From a virus (taxonomy: Duplodnaviria > Caudoviricetes): a DNA stretch of 64,000 nt. A program made the position numbers and the translations under genes. The stretch is from positions 192,001-256,000 of IMG/VR virus record IMGVR_UViG_3300031134_000001. The stretch is one strand, 5' to 3'. This document shows positions 44,088 through 52,689 of the stretch, one piece after another (position 1 is the stretch's first letter; each line of letters opens with the position of its first letter). Below the pieces are notes generated by a model. It saw only the letters and a program-made list of their open reading frames with translations. It made no database searches and was not told the origin of the DNA.

Positions 44088-46160
44088 TCACCACATCGTC
44101 AAAATGGGCATTGTCGCTGCTGGATAAAAGTTCTCAGGCTCAGCACATACCTCATACAACACGCCGTCTTCGTCAACATCCTCAGGGGCGTTACCAGCCA
44201 CCAGTTCCAGATTCGATTCCAATGCGAGTTCTGTCACCACCGGCAGACCCAAGATCTGCTCAACCTGCTTACGGCTCCACTCCATGATGTCGTCCGAGCG
44301 GGAAGACAGGTTCGGTTCGCCATCGGTGTCGAGCACGGTACTGTAGAAGCACACAGGGCCGTCTTGACCCACACGATCGATCCGGGCTTCTGTCTGATCG
44401 AGTTCGCCTGAACGGAATGGCCGATTCATCATTACTGCGGTCGAGGCCATGATGAGTGGCACGGCTGTGGACAACGACTGGAACGTGGCGATCAAAGGGT
44501 TAACGTCCGGATCACGCTCGAACTGTTTGACGATGTTGGCCAAGTCATGGTTGGTCGCCCCATAGACCCGCAGAGGCTTGTAGCCTTTGGCGACCAGATC
44601 GTTGTAGACGCGATCGACCACTTCGATGTAGCTGGTAAAGATGATGGACTTCTTGCGAGCGCTGTCGATGATTGGTTCGAAGTCGGTGTGGGTGGCCAAG
44701 TCCAGATTACACTGCATACGACGCTTGCCCAGAATACGGCCGAGTGCTTCGCCTTGGACCTTGAGCTTGTAATACTTCACCACCGACTTGGCGTTACGGA
44801 ATTCTTCCTTGAGCGGCTGCTTGAGAATCGCCCCGATTTCTTTCTCGTAACGGTTGCAGAACTTCGACTCTTCCTTCATCGATTCCGGATCGTACTGGGT
44901 ACGGATCATTTGCACATAACGCTGGTACGTCTCGTAGCGCTGCATCTCCTTGGGATTATGCTCGATGTGTTTGACCCAGTCCCGCAGACCCCGCTCGTAC
45001 ATCGACTCGTACTGCTTGAAGTTGATGCGGTAGTATTCCATCCGTTCGTCCACGAATTCACGCATCTCTTTCGAGACAGCTTCTAACGTGTACTGTTTGC
45101 CGGTTGGTGTTTTGACCTTGAGCTCGATCCGTTCGACATCGGACTTCATGACCGTGGCTTTGGCGACCTTGTGGATCAAGAACCCTAACCGGTTGGCCAG
45201 AATGTCCAAGCCCTTGGAGCTACTCTTACCGAAGATGGCGATGAAACGTTCTTCAGCGTTCTTGTCAAAGAACGGGTCGATCGTTTTAAGGAGCGGCACA
45301 ACTTCTTTGCCGATGGCCTTGATCGGGGTGCCAGACATCCACAGAACGTGCAAGGCGCGCATGACTTTACACAGTTCGACAAAGAGCTGCGTGCGCAGGC
45401 TGTCGATTTCGTTCATGTTGTGGCATTCGTCCAAGATCACCATGGGTTTGCGCCCTTGGAACTTACGGAAGAACTCCACCGCCCGGTCGAGCTGCTCGTA
45501 GTGGAACACATAGAACCGCTTACCCATCACGAGTTCTTCACCCGAGGACGACACCCAGTAATCGACTGGCTCTTTAAAGAGTGTGTCCAAAGTAGCAGCC
45601 CACACTCGGTCCAGTGCATTCTTCGGCGAGATGATCACCGTGACGTCAGCGCCTAAACATGCGGACAGTGCCAAGCTGTTGATGGTCTTACCCGTACCAG
45701 GGTCAGCTGCCAACATGTAGCCGTTCAGATTGAACTGCGGCACCTTCTCGTTGTAGACTTCCAAGAACTCACGCTGGGTTGCAAACAGCTTGATCTTGAG
45801 TTGGTTTAGTTGCTCGAAGTCAAGGATGTCTGGGAAACGCTCTGTGGTGCGTTTAAACCACGTTTCCCGGCGTAATTCCTCGATGGTCTTACGGATGGCG
45901 CGATAATTGAATGCGTGCCCCCTAGGCGTTTCTAGGGCTTTCTCCAAAGTGTAGATCACTTCAGGCAAAAAGAACTTGTGAAAGACCACGTAACTACTCG
46001 TGACCTTGCTAAACATGTTCAGGCCAATTTTTGACGTGCGCCAGATACGGGCCAAGTCATTGATGTACTGGTAGGTAGGCAAGCCATCGATGCGAACGAA
46101 GTTACCTTCTTCACTCACGTGGATGCTGCCAATCATTTTGCGTAAATTACTAATCAACAT
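44088..46160 (-). CDS. SF2 (SNF2/DEAD-like) helicase, phiKZ gp203-like
   Basis: ADPGTGKT, ILDECH, MSGTP, QTEARIDRVGQ; likely start MLISNLRKMIG. Confidence 0.85.
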   Translation of the reverse strand: MLISNLRKMIGSIHVSEEGNFVRIDGLPTYQYINDLARIWRTSKIGLNMFSKVTSSYVVFHKFFLPEVIYTLEKALETPRGHAFNYRAIRKTIEELRRETWFKRTTERFPDILDFEQLNQLKIKLFATQREFLEVYNEKVPQFNLNGYMLAADPGTGKTINSLALSACLGADVTVIISPKNALDRVWAATLDTLFKEPVDYWVSSSGEELVMGKRFYVFHYEQLDRAVEFFRKFQGRKPMVILDECHNMNEIDSLRTQLFVELCKVMRALHVLWMSGTPIKAIGKEVVPLLKTIDPFFDKNAEERFIAIFGKSSSKGLDILANRLGFLIHKVAKATVMKSDVERIELKVKTPTGKQYTLEAVSKEMREFVDERMEYYRINFKQYESMYERGLRDWVKHIEHNPKEMQRYETYQRYVQMIRTQYDPESMKEESKFCNRYEKEIGAILKQPLKEEFRNAKSVVKYYKLKVQGEALGRILGKRRMQCNLDLATHTDFEPIIDSARKKSIIFTSYIEVVDRVYNDLVAKGYKPLRVYGATNHDLANIVKQFERDPDVNPLIATFQSLSTAVPLIMASTAVMMNRPFRSGELDQTEARIDRVGQDGPVCFYSTVLDTDGEPNLSSRSDDIMEWSRKQVEQILGLPVVTELALESNLELVAGNAPEDVDEDGVLYEVCAEPENFYPAATMPILTMW

Positions 46161-46261
46161 GTCACTTCCGCCATAAGAGGTTTTGTTAGAATGATCGGAG
46201 TGACACATTACTGCCCACTCGCTAGCCACAGAATAGGCGAGCGCTGGGACGAACAAAGAGA

Positions 46262-46306
46262 CGGCATAATGCACGAGGAGCCAGCCACACGGCTAGCTCC
46301 TCTTTT
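46262..46306 (-). terminator. hairpin followed (on the minus strand) by TATGCCG
   Basis: GAGGAGCCAGCC/GGCTAGCTCCTC; CGGCATA at 46262-46268. Confidence 0.7.
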
Positions 46307-46310
46307 CCTA

Positions 46311-47873
46311 CTACATCCCGCCGTCAAAATCCCACATATTGGTTTCGCGTGGTGATCCAATTGGGCCTGCGCCCGGTTTACGCAACATCGTATCAGGACC
46401 ATCCAGATCGTCCAGGAGGTTACCGATTTCATGTAGTGGCCAAGCGCCGTAGTGATCGATACGTGGCGTCTGACGGGTCTTACGGTGCTTCCCACGTTGA
46501 ATGGTCAGGTACGGCTTGCCGTTGACGAACTCAATGTGTTGGAACAGTTCCAGGTCGACTTCTTGGTCCAGACGCTGCGAGCCATCGTAGTAGCCTTTGC
46601 CTGGCAGAATCTTGACGAAGTTGTTCTGACCGTCACGGTAGAGCTTCTTCGCATCCGACGACAACTGATGCGGGGTGATGAACAGAATGTGACGCGGCGC
46701 GCAGAAGTTACGCAGCCGGCGGAACATGTCACGGATATCCGAACCAGCGGTGGTGTGGATACAGCCGGTGGTAGGCAACATCGCCAAGTAGTCGATGAAC
46801 AACGCCACCACTTCAAAGCCTTCAGATTCCAACTGCAAGACTTTGTTCTGCACGTCCAGGTACGTCCACTCCGAGGGATTGACCCGCAGCATGCGGATCT
46901 TGAAACCCGTGGCGGTCATGCGCGGAATGAAGTAGTCGGTCAGCTCTTCGTTCGACAGCGAAGGAATGTCCGGCAACGTCTTAACCGCATCGTGCTTGTG
47001 CTCGTTGGTGTAGAACTGTTCGTACAAGAACTGGAAGTTTTCCCGCAGACTGTCTTCCAGCGAGATACGCAGCAGCACTGGCTTCTTGGTCGGGTCACGC
47101 AAGACTGGTGTGTTGTGCACAGCGATCTGGCGGAACTGGGTTAAGTTCGTACCGGTCTTGAAGTTGTGCGGCAACGCAGCAGGACCAATGACCGCTTCGC
47201 CACGGCGATAACCACCGTCGAGCATACGGTTCATGCCTTGCAGACCCAAACGCAGGATCGTGCCACCTTCCTCGTTCTCTTTGACTGACTGGAAGATATC
47301 GCGCACTTCTTCCGGCTTACTAAAGTCCACCTCGTTGACCACTGCCGGATCTTTCTCCAGTGTGTTGGTCGTGTAGGGTTGGAGCTTCTCCATCGTTTCC
47401 ATGACGTACGTCGGCATGGATTGGATCTTGTTCTTGTTGAACTTGATCTTACTGAATGCTTCGACGATGATCTTCTCGACTTCTTTGCCGCGGAAGTAAT
47501 TACGGATTTGGTTGCGCAGATTGAGGATCGTGCGTTTCAGCGCATTGTCTGACAGTTCTGGCAGGATGCCGCCTTGCATGGCTTCGAAGGTGATATCGTC
47601 GTCACCGCAATTCATCTTCAAACGTTGCAGCAATTCGTTTGGTTCATACTGCAAGTCATACGGCTGGCATGCCATGTAGTACGCGGTCTCTTTCAGACCA
47701 GCGAGCACTTCGGCAGAGCGGTCACGGATATCACGTCCTAAGGATATGTCAGAGACCTTCGCTTCTTCAACGACCTTCAGTACATCTTCGGCGGCATTAT
47801 TGGTATGACCTACTTGTTGACTTTCCCGGAACAAAAGGGTAATCGAATTGACCAACAGTAATTTGATGTCCAT
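46311..47873 (-). CDS. dnaB: DnaB-like replicative helicase, phiKZ gp118-like
   Basis: GGYRRGE...ALPHNFKTG, ISLED, FIDYLAML, FITPHQLS, LDQEVDLE motifs. Confidence 0.85.
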   Translation of the reverse strand: MDIKLLLVNSITLLFRESQQVGHTNNAAEDVLKVVEEAKVSDISLGRDIRDRSAEVLAGLKETAYYMACQPYDLQYEPNELLQRLKMNCGDDDITFEAMQGGILPELSDNALKRTILNLRNQIRNYFRGKEVEKIIVEAFSKIKFNKNKIQSMPTYVMETMEKLQPYTTNTLEKDPAVVNEVDFSKPEEVRDIFQSVKENEEGGTILRLGLQGMNRMLDGGYRRGEAVIGPAALPHNFKTGTNLTQFRQIAVHNTPVLRDPTKKPVLLRISLEDSLRENFQFLYEQFYTNEHKHDAVKTLPDIPSLSNEELTDYFIPRMTATGFKIRMLRVNPSEWTYLDVQNKVLQLESEGFEVVALFIDYLAMLPTTGCIHTTAGSDIRDMFRRLRNFCAPRHILFITPHQLSSDAKKLYRDGQNNFVKILPGKGYYDGSQRLDQEVDLELFQHIEFVNGKPYLTIQRGKHRKTRQTPRIDHYGAWPLHEIGNLLDDLDGPDTMLRKPGAGPIGSPRETNMWDFDGGM

Positions 47874-48004
47874 GATGATGTTTTCTAGTTTAGTTAACGC
47901 ATTGTGCGTTTAGTAGTTATTCTTCTATGAGCTGAGTGCCTTTAGTTCTTCATACTAAAGGACGAGTCCATTTTTTTAAATCTGGGTTTCCCAAGGAGTT
48001 TTCA

Positions 48005-48634
48005 ATGGTGGAACAAAAGAAAGACGTCGTCTACGTTCCGTACTGGATTGCCAGTGCGCTGGAACGTAATAACCTGCCGTTGTCTGCGATTCTGGACTAC
48101 CGTCAGATGGCACGTTTCTTGAGTGCACAAGAACAAGGCAACGCCCTGCTGTTCGATGGCTTTAATCCGTTTAAGCCAAAAGTGGCTGGCGAACAACACA
48201 CACCTACTTACGGTATGACTGGTGTCGGTGAAGGGACAAACATCACGGAATGTCCTTTTGCATCCCCACTGTATGAAGCGTGGCGTAAATGCGTGTCGAA
48301 TTCATCCGACGCAAATGATAACAAGCTGTTCAAAAATCTCGATACCATGAATTCACTTTCGTGGAATCAAATGGCTGAACAGGAAGTGGCGATGCGGTTC
48401 CAACCAGCCAACGCTGGCCGGCTGCCGCATGATCACCCCTTTATTACATATGACGTGGAGCGTGAGTTCTTCATTGTCGTTGTGTATCCAGCATTCTTTG
48501 AGAGTGCAAAGTATTCGGACAATGTCGTCAGTCTCTGCAAAGAGGTTCTGACAAAAGCATTGTATGTGTACAATACACCCGCATCGGGGTGCAAGTCGCC
48601 CTACTTCCGGAAGTACCTCGAATCGTTGGCCTAA
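48005..48634 (+). CDS. conserved protein upstream of the capsid gene (phiKZ gp119-like position)
   Basis: Synteny between DnaB and MCP; likely start MVEQKK. Confidence 0.65.
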   Translation: MVEQKKDVVYVPYWIASALERNNLPLSAILDYRQMARFLSAQEQGNALLFDGFNPFKPKVAGEQHTPTYGMTGVGEGTNITECPFASPLYEAWRKCVSNSSDANDNKLFKNLDTMNSLSWNQMAEQEVAMRFQPANAGRLPHDHPFITYDVEREFFIVVVYPAFFESAKYSDNVVSLCKEVLTKALYVYNTPASGCKSPYFRKYLESLA

Positions 48635-48737
48635 TTATTCTCTGACTTTCTCAGTAAATAATTACTAATAGTTTGAGCTGAATAAGCCCCAAGCAAATTC
48701 CTATTCCATTACTCCTGCTAAAGGACTGGTTACAACC

Positions 48738-50933
48738 ATGAAAAGCATCATCTTTAACAACGCTGCGGACGCCCGTGGCCTGAGCGGTTTCCTGACCAAA
48801 GCACTCGACCACGTCGACACCTTCGCTCATTCGAGCGCCGGCAAGACCGTGAGCAAAGGCCTGCTGTCGATCGAATCGATCGCTGGTAACGTGCACGAAG
48901 TCAACACCCTGAAAACCGCCGCCAGCGAACTGCTGAACCACATCGAAACGTTCGCTGCCGAATCGTTCGGCTTGAACGACAAAAACGGCAAGCTGCAACA
49001 CGACTACAACAAAAACCAGCTGCAAGCTGCGACGATCGCCGCCATGCTGGGTCACGACCTGGGCGCTGCTGTCAAGGCACCAACCAAGCCAACGTTCTCG
49101 ACCGAAGGCATCGCTGTCTGCGAAGTCGGCGACCGTACCCCGTTCGAACGCCGCGCTGCGAACGAAGCATACGACGAACAATCGACCTCGACCTCGGTCG
49201 CGTTCTCGATCGCCTACAACCTCGAATGCGCACGTCAATCGGAACTGGCTGAAACGCTCTTCCCGACCGTCGTGATCCCGCCAAACGAGTCCGGCCTGTT
49301 CATGTCGATCGACCTGGCCCTGCTGCAAGACGATGCGAACCGCCAGATCAGCGGCGCCATCACGAACTTCCACCGCTACAACGTCATCCGTGCCCAGACC
49401 TACCCGGAACTGCTGCACAACGACGCATCGGACCTGGTCCCAGTGCTGCGCGACGAAAGCGTCCAGAACTTCGTGTCGGATGCTCTGGTTCAGCCGGTCA
49501 CCCGCAAAATGCACAACGGTGAAGAAATCACCACCAACGCCCTGAAAATCGGCGCCAAGTTCGACCTGCTGGCCCTGTCGCACACCGACTCGATGGTTGC
49601 CAAAGGTATGGCCAACCAGACCGACTCGATCGACACCGGCGTGTTCCTGGAAACCATCCTGATCGCGCTGAAATCGGCCGACGGCACCAAGACCGAAGTC
49701 ATCCGCTTCAACGTCAAAGAACTGCCATACGCCAGCTACTACCCAGCGAGCCAGGGCGACTACCGCGACCAACAACTGTCGTTCGACAACAGCGATCTGC
49801 TGGTCTCGGAAAAGACCGTCACGGCCGACGGCGGCGTCTCGACCCTGCTGGAACCAATCCGCACTGGCAAGTACGAAGTGCGCATCTCGGTGTCGCTGGC
49901 TGGTCGTCTGAACCTGCAATTCGGTAACGGTTCGGTCTACGGTCCTGCACCGGAAGTCGCAACCCTGTCGAAGAACGCACAACAAGTGTCGATCACCGGC
50001 GGCGCCGGCAAAACCATCGCCGACATCTTCAAGGGCGCCGAGATCATCGGTTACACCCTGGCAGCCAAGCGTTCGAACCTGAACCGTCGTCTGCGTGGCC
50101 AGACCATGGACACCAACACCAAGAAGCAGTTCTACCCACTGAACCTTCTGGCACCGGTCACCATCGTTCGTCCACACAGCGCCGGCGACGTCAACGACGC
50201 ACGCGACCTGTCGTTCCTGATCTTCACCACGAAGACCCGTTCGTCGATCGACGCCATCGAAGTTCTGCAATCGCACTGCGCGACCATGAAGTCGATGCAA
50301 GGCCAATACCACCGTCCTGGTGAAACGGTCGAAACCTTCGGCCTGGCCCGTTGGTTGCTGGACCCGTACTACGGCTACGACAAGTACGTCGCCCCACAAG
50401 TCGTCGACTCGCTGAAGTCGTCGGAGCGTAACGCGGACATCCGTGCTTCGCTGACCAACATGGTCCAGGATCACGTGTTCAAGATGTGGCAACTGTCGAG
50501 CTACGGCCCGGCATCGGCATCGCAAAACGGTGGCGTCGGTCAGATCCCGACCGTCATCATTGCCTGCGATCCACGCATCGAGCAATACCTGAACATCCAG
50601 GGCGACCTGCGTCTGCTGGGCGACAAGTTCCCAGTCAAGGTCGTGTCGGACACGAACATCAAGCTGCGTGGCAAGATGTACATCACGTTCGGCAACATGG
50701 AAACCGCTGCGCAAGGCATCCCGAATGTCCTGCACTTCGGCACCACCATGTATCGTCCGGAAATGACGATCATCCTGCCAGTGTCGCGCGATGGCCAGAC
50801 CTCGAAAGAAGTCACCGTGTCGCCGGCGTTCCGCCACTTCGTCAACCTGCCACTGATCGTCGAGATCGACGTGGAAGGCATCGAAGATGTCGTCAACGCC
50901 AAAGTGCCTGTCGTTCTGAAGGAACTGCCGTAA
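48738..50933 (+). CDS. major capsid protein, phiKZ gp120-like
   Basis: 731 aa; EAYDE...AFSIAYN, ETLFPTVVIPP, IACDPRIEQYL, PAFRHFVNLP; extreme codon bias; S/A-x-E sites in the N-terminus. Confidence 0.9.
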   Translation: MKSIIFNNAADARGLSGFLTKALDHVDTFAHSSAGKTVSKGLLSIESIAGNVHEVNTLKTAASELLNHIETFAAESFGLNDKNGKLQHDYNKNQLQAATIAAMLGHDLGAAVKAPTKPTFSTEGIAVCEVGDRTPFERRAANEAYDEQSTSTSVAFSIAYNLECARQSELAETLFPTVVIPPNESGLFMSIDLALLQDDANRQISGAITNFHRYNVIRAQTYPELLHNDASDLVPVLRDESVQNFVSDALVQPVTRKMHNGEEITTNALKIGAKFDLLALSHTDSMVAKGMANQTDSIDTGVFLETILIALKSADGTKTEVIRFNVKELPYASYYPASQGDYRDQQLSFDNSDLLVSEKTVTADGGVSTLLEPIRTGKYEVRISVSLAGRLNLQFGNGSVYGPAPEVATLSKNAQQVSITGGAGKTIADIFKGAEIIGYTLAAKRSNLNRRLRGQTMDTNTKKQFYPLNLLAPVTIVRPHSAGDVNDARDLSFLIFTTKTRSSIDAIEVLQSHCATMKSMQGQYHRPGETVETFGLARWLLDPYYGYDKYVAPQVVDSLKSSERNADIRASLTNMVQDHVFKMWQLSSYGPASASQNGGVGQIPTVIIACDPRIEQYLNIQGDLRLLGDKFPVKVVSDTNIKLRGKMYITFGNMETAAQGIPNVLHFGTTMYRPEMTIILPVSRDGQTSKEVTVSPAFRHFVNLPLIVEIDVEGIEDVVNAKVPVVLKELP

Positions 50934-50943
50934 GCATCACATG

Positions 50944-50992
50944 AGGTTGGGTGGAAGATTGTTAGTCTAATGATTAACCCTTCCACCTAGCC
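50944..50992 (+). repeat. hairpin AGGTTGGGTGGAAG/CTTCCACCTAGCC after the capsid gene
   Basis: About 13-bp stem whose arms nearly match the 26997-27037 inverted repeat. Confidence 0.65.
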
Positions 50993-51020
50993 CATGGCTG
51001 TAAGTTGTCCTTCAGCACAA

Positions 51021-51073
51021 GCATTGGGGCTACCTCCTCCTACCTTCGGGTAGGGGGAGGCTGTTCTATGCCG
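51021..51073 (+). terminator. GCAT-hairpin-TATGCCG element
   Basis: CCTCCTCCTACC-TTCG-GGTAGGGGGAGG. Confidence 0.8.
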
Positions 51074-51133
51074 CCAAAAAATACTCGGGATGGTAATACG
51101 GTGAGCAATTACCTTAACCACTGGAGATTAAAG

Positions 51134-51355
51134 ATGATCCGAATCACCGCAGAAGGCAACAACGCAGAAGGCAAAACCATGGTCCTGGTTGCGATCGCAG
51201 AAGCTTTGAAGGCCAAAGGTTTTACCGACGTACAGTTCATTAATCCCGAACAATCTGAACACACGCGTCAAGACATCCTCAATGCTCTGGGCGATAACCA
51301 ACGCGTATTGAATACCAAGATCGAGTTGCATGAAAAGTTCGGCACCATCGAGTAA
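51134..51355 (+). CDS. small protein with Walker A-like motif (73 aa)
   Basis: IRITAEGNNAEGKT; GGAG RBS. Confidence 0.6.
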   Translation: MIRITAEGNNAEGKTMVLVAIAEALKAKGFTDVQFINPEQSEHTRQDILNALGDNQRVLNTKIELHEKFGTIE

Positions 51356-51408
51356 TAGAGACCGAGGGGCTTAGCCCCTCGTTTATGATGTCTATTTTTT
51401 TTCACGAC

Positions 51409-51416
51409 TATATCAC
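51409..51416 (+). promoter_or_regulatory. putative early promoter TATATCAC
   Basis: TTTTTCACGAC-TATATCAC-TAGAATG, upstream of the operon containing an nvRNAP subunit. Confidence 0.7.
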
Positions 51417-51487
51417 TAGAATGTTCAGTAGTGAGCCCATCCTTAATGGACCGGCTCGTAACAATCCACTAGAAGAGAGTAGTCGCT

Positions 51488-52654
51488 ATGAAACAAGAAG
51501 ATATCGTCACGTTCTACGGAAAGATTCGCATTTCCAATGTTAAGCCAAATGACACGCAATCTGGTGGATTGTCGCATTTCCATATCAACACCAAGTACAT
51601 TAACAATACCCGCAAAGTTATCCGTGCTAAGCTGCGCTCGAACATGGAGATGTCGGTCCCAGCCGTGGCAGTGCGTACCCAGTACTCGCATGACGAAACG
51701 TTCCTCGTGCGTAAAGAGTTGGTGGTAAGCCAAGTCGCTATCGAATCCATGCGCAATTACTTTGCCAACTTACCTGAAGTGTATGGTGAGTTGGAAATGT
51801 TCCGCGCGGCTTACCTGCAAGTGTATGAAAACGTTTTCACCTTTGGCCATACACGTGAACTACGCTGTATCGTCGAGTATCTGTTTACTGAAACTGATCT
51901 GACCAACAACGGCGGGATGTTCTACCATGATGGGTTGGACACCATGTTCAAGTTCGGTGATGAGCCATACCCGTGCGACCATCCACATAGTCCACAAGGT
52001 CGTGAAAGCGCCATCAAGGAAACAGTAGAAGATTTACAGAAGCAACACGGCTTCGTCTTTTGGGTAGAAATTATTGACAACCTAGGAAAGTATGGAGAAC
52101 GTTTCGTGTCAATCTGCAATCAGATTTACAAGATCGTGCCCAAACGTGATAAAAATAGACCGGATGGTTTGTATATTGTATCTAGTAATCCGTCCAATGG
52201 TCGAGTCAGCACCAGCGAGATCCAAGTGCGTACTTACCCACTGGACAACATCGACAAAGAGCTGGGCATCTACGCCACGTATGAGTTGGCTAAAACCCAT
52301 GGCGACGTCGCAGGTGAACGTAAGAAAGAACTGCAAGATCGTGACCATCAGTACGCCAAAGAAAAACAAGAGTGGAGTCGAGAGAAGTTGCACTTTGAAC
52401 GTGAAGCTGATGAGCGGGATCGTCACATCCGTGACCTAGAACAAGACCGTGCATTGCATGCTCAGCTCATGAAAGACTTACGTGATCGTCAAGAGCACTT
52501 GACCAAAATGCAAAAGCTACAAATGGATGACAACTACGAACAACGTTCAGCAGAACGCAAGGACGCTTCGGAGTTCATCAAGTTTCTACCCAGTATCTTA
52601 GCGGCCGTGGGTACCGTGATCATGATTTGGAAATCCTTTAAGTCTGGCTCTTAA
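51488..52654 (+). CDS. conserved protein with coiled coil and C-terminal membrane anchor (phiKZ gp122-like position)
   Basis: Charged coiled coil then FLPSILAAVGTVIMIW; directly upstream of RNAP beta. Confidence 0.75.
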   Translation: MKQEDIVTFYGKIRISNVKPNDTQSGGLSHFHINTKYINNTRKVIRAKLRSNMEMSVPAVAVRTQYSHDETFLVRKELVVSQVAIESMRNYFANLPEVYGELEMFRAAYLQVYENVFTFGHTRELRCIVEYLFTETDLTNNGGMFYHDGLDTMFKFGDEPYPCDHPHSPQGRESAIKETVEDLQKQHGFVFWVEIIDNLGKYGERFVSICNQIYKIVPKRDKNRPDGLYIVSSNPSNGRVSTSEIQVRTYPLDNIDKELGIYATYELAKTHGDVAGERKKELQDRDHQYAKEKQEWSREKLHFEREADERDRHIRDLEQDRALHAQLMKDLRDRQEHLTKMQKLQMDDNYEQRSAERKDASEFIKFLPSILAAVGTVIMIWKSFKSGS

Positions 52655-52689
52655 AGGATCGTGTGTTAACACAAAAAGGAGAGTAGTAC

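Noticed and set aside
48651-50837. 728-aa minus-strand ORF
   Set aside because: Antisense shadow of the strongly codon-biased capsid gene; no RBS or recognisable motifs.
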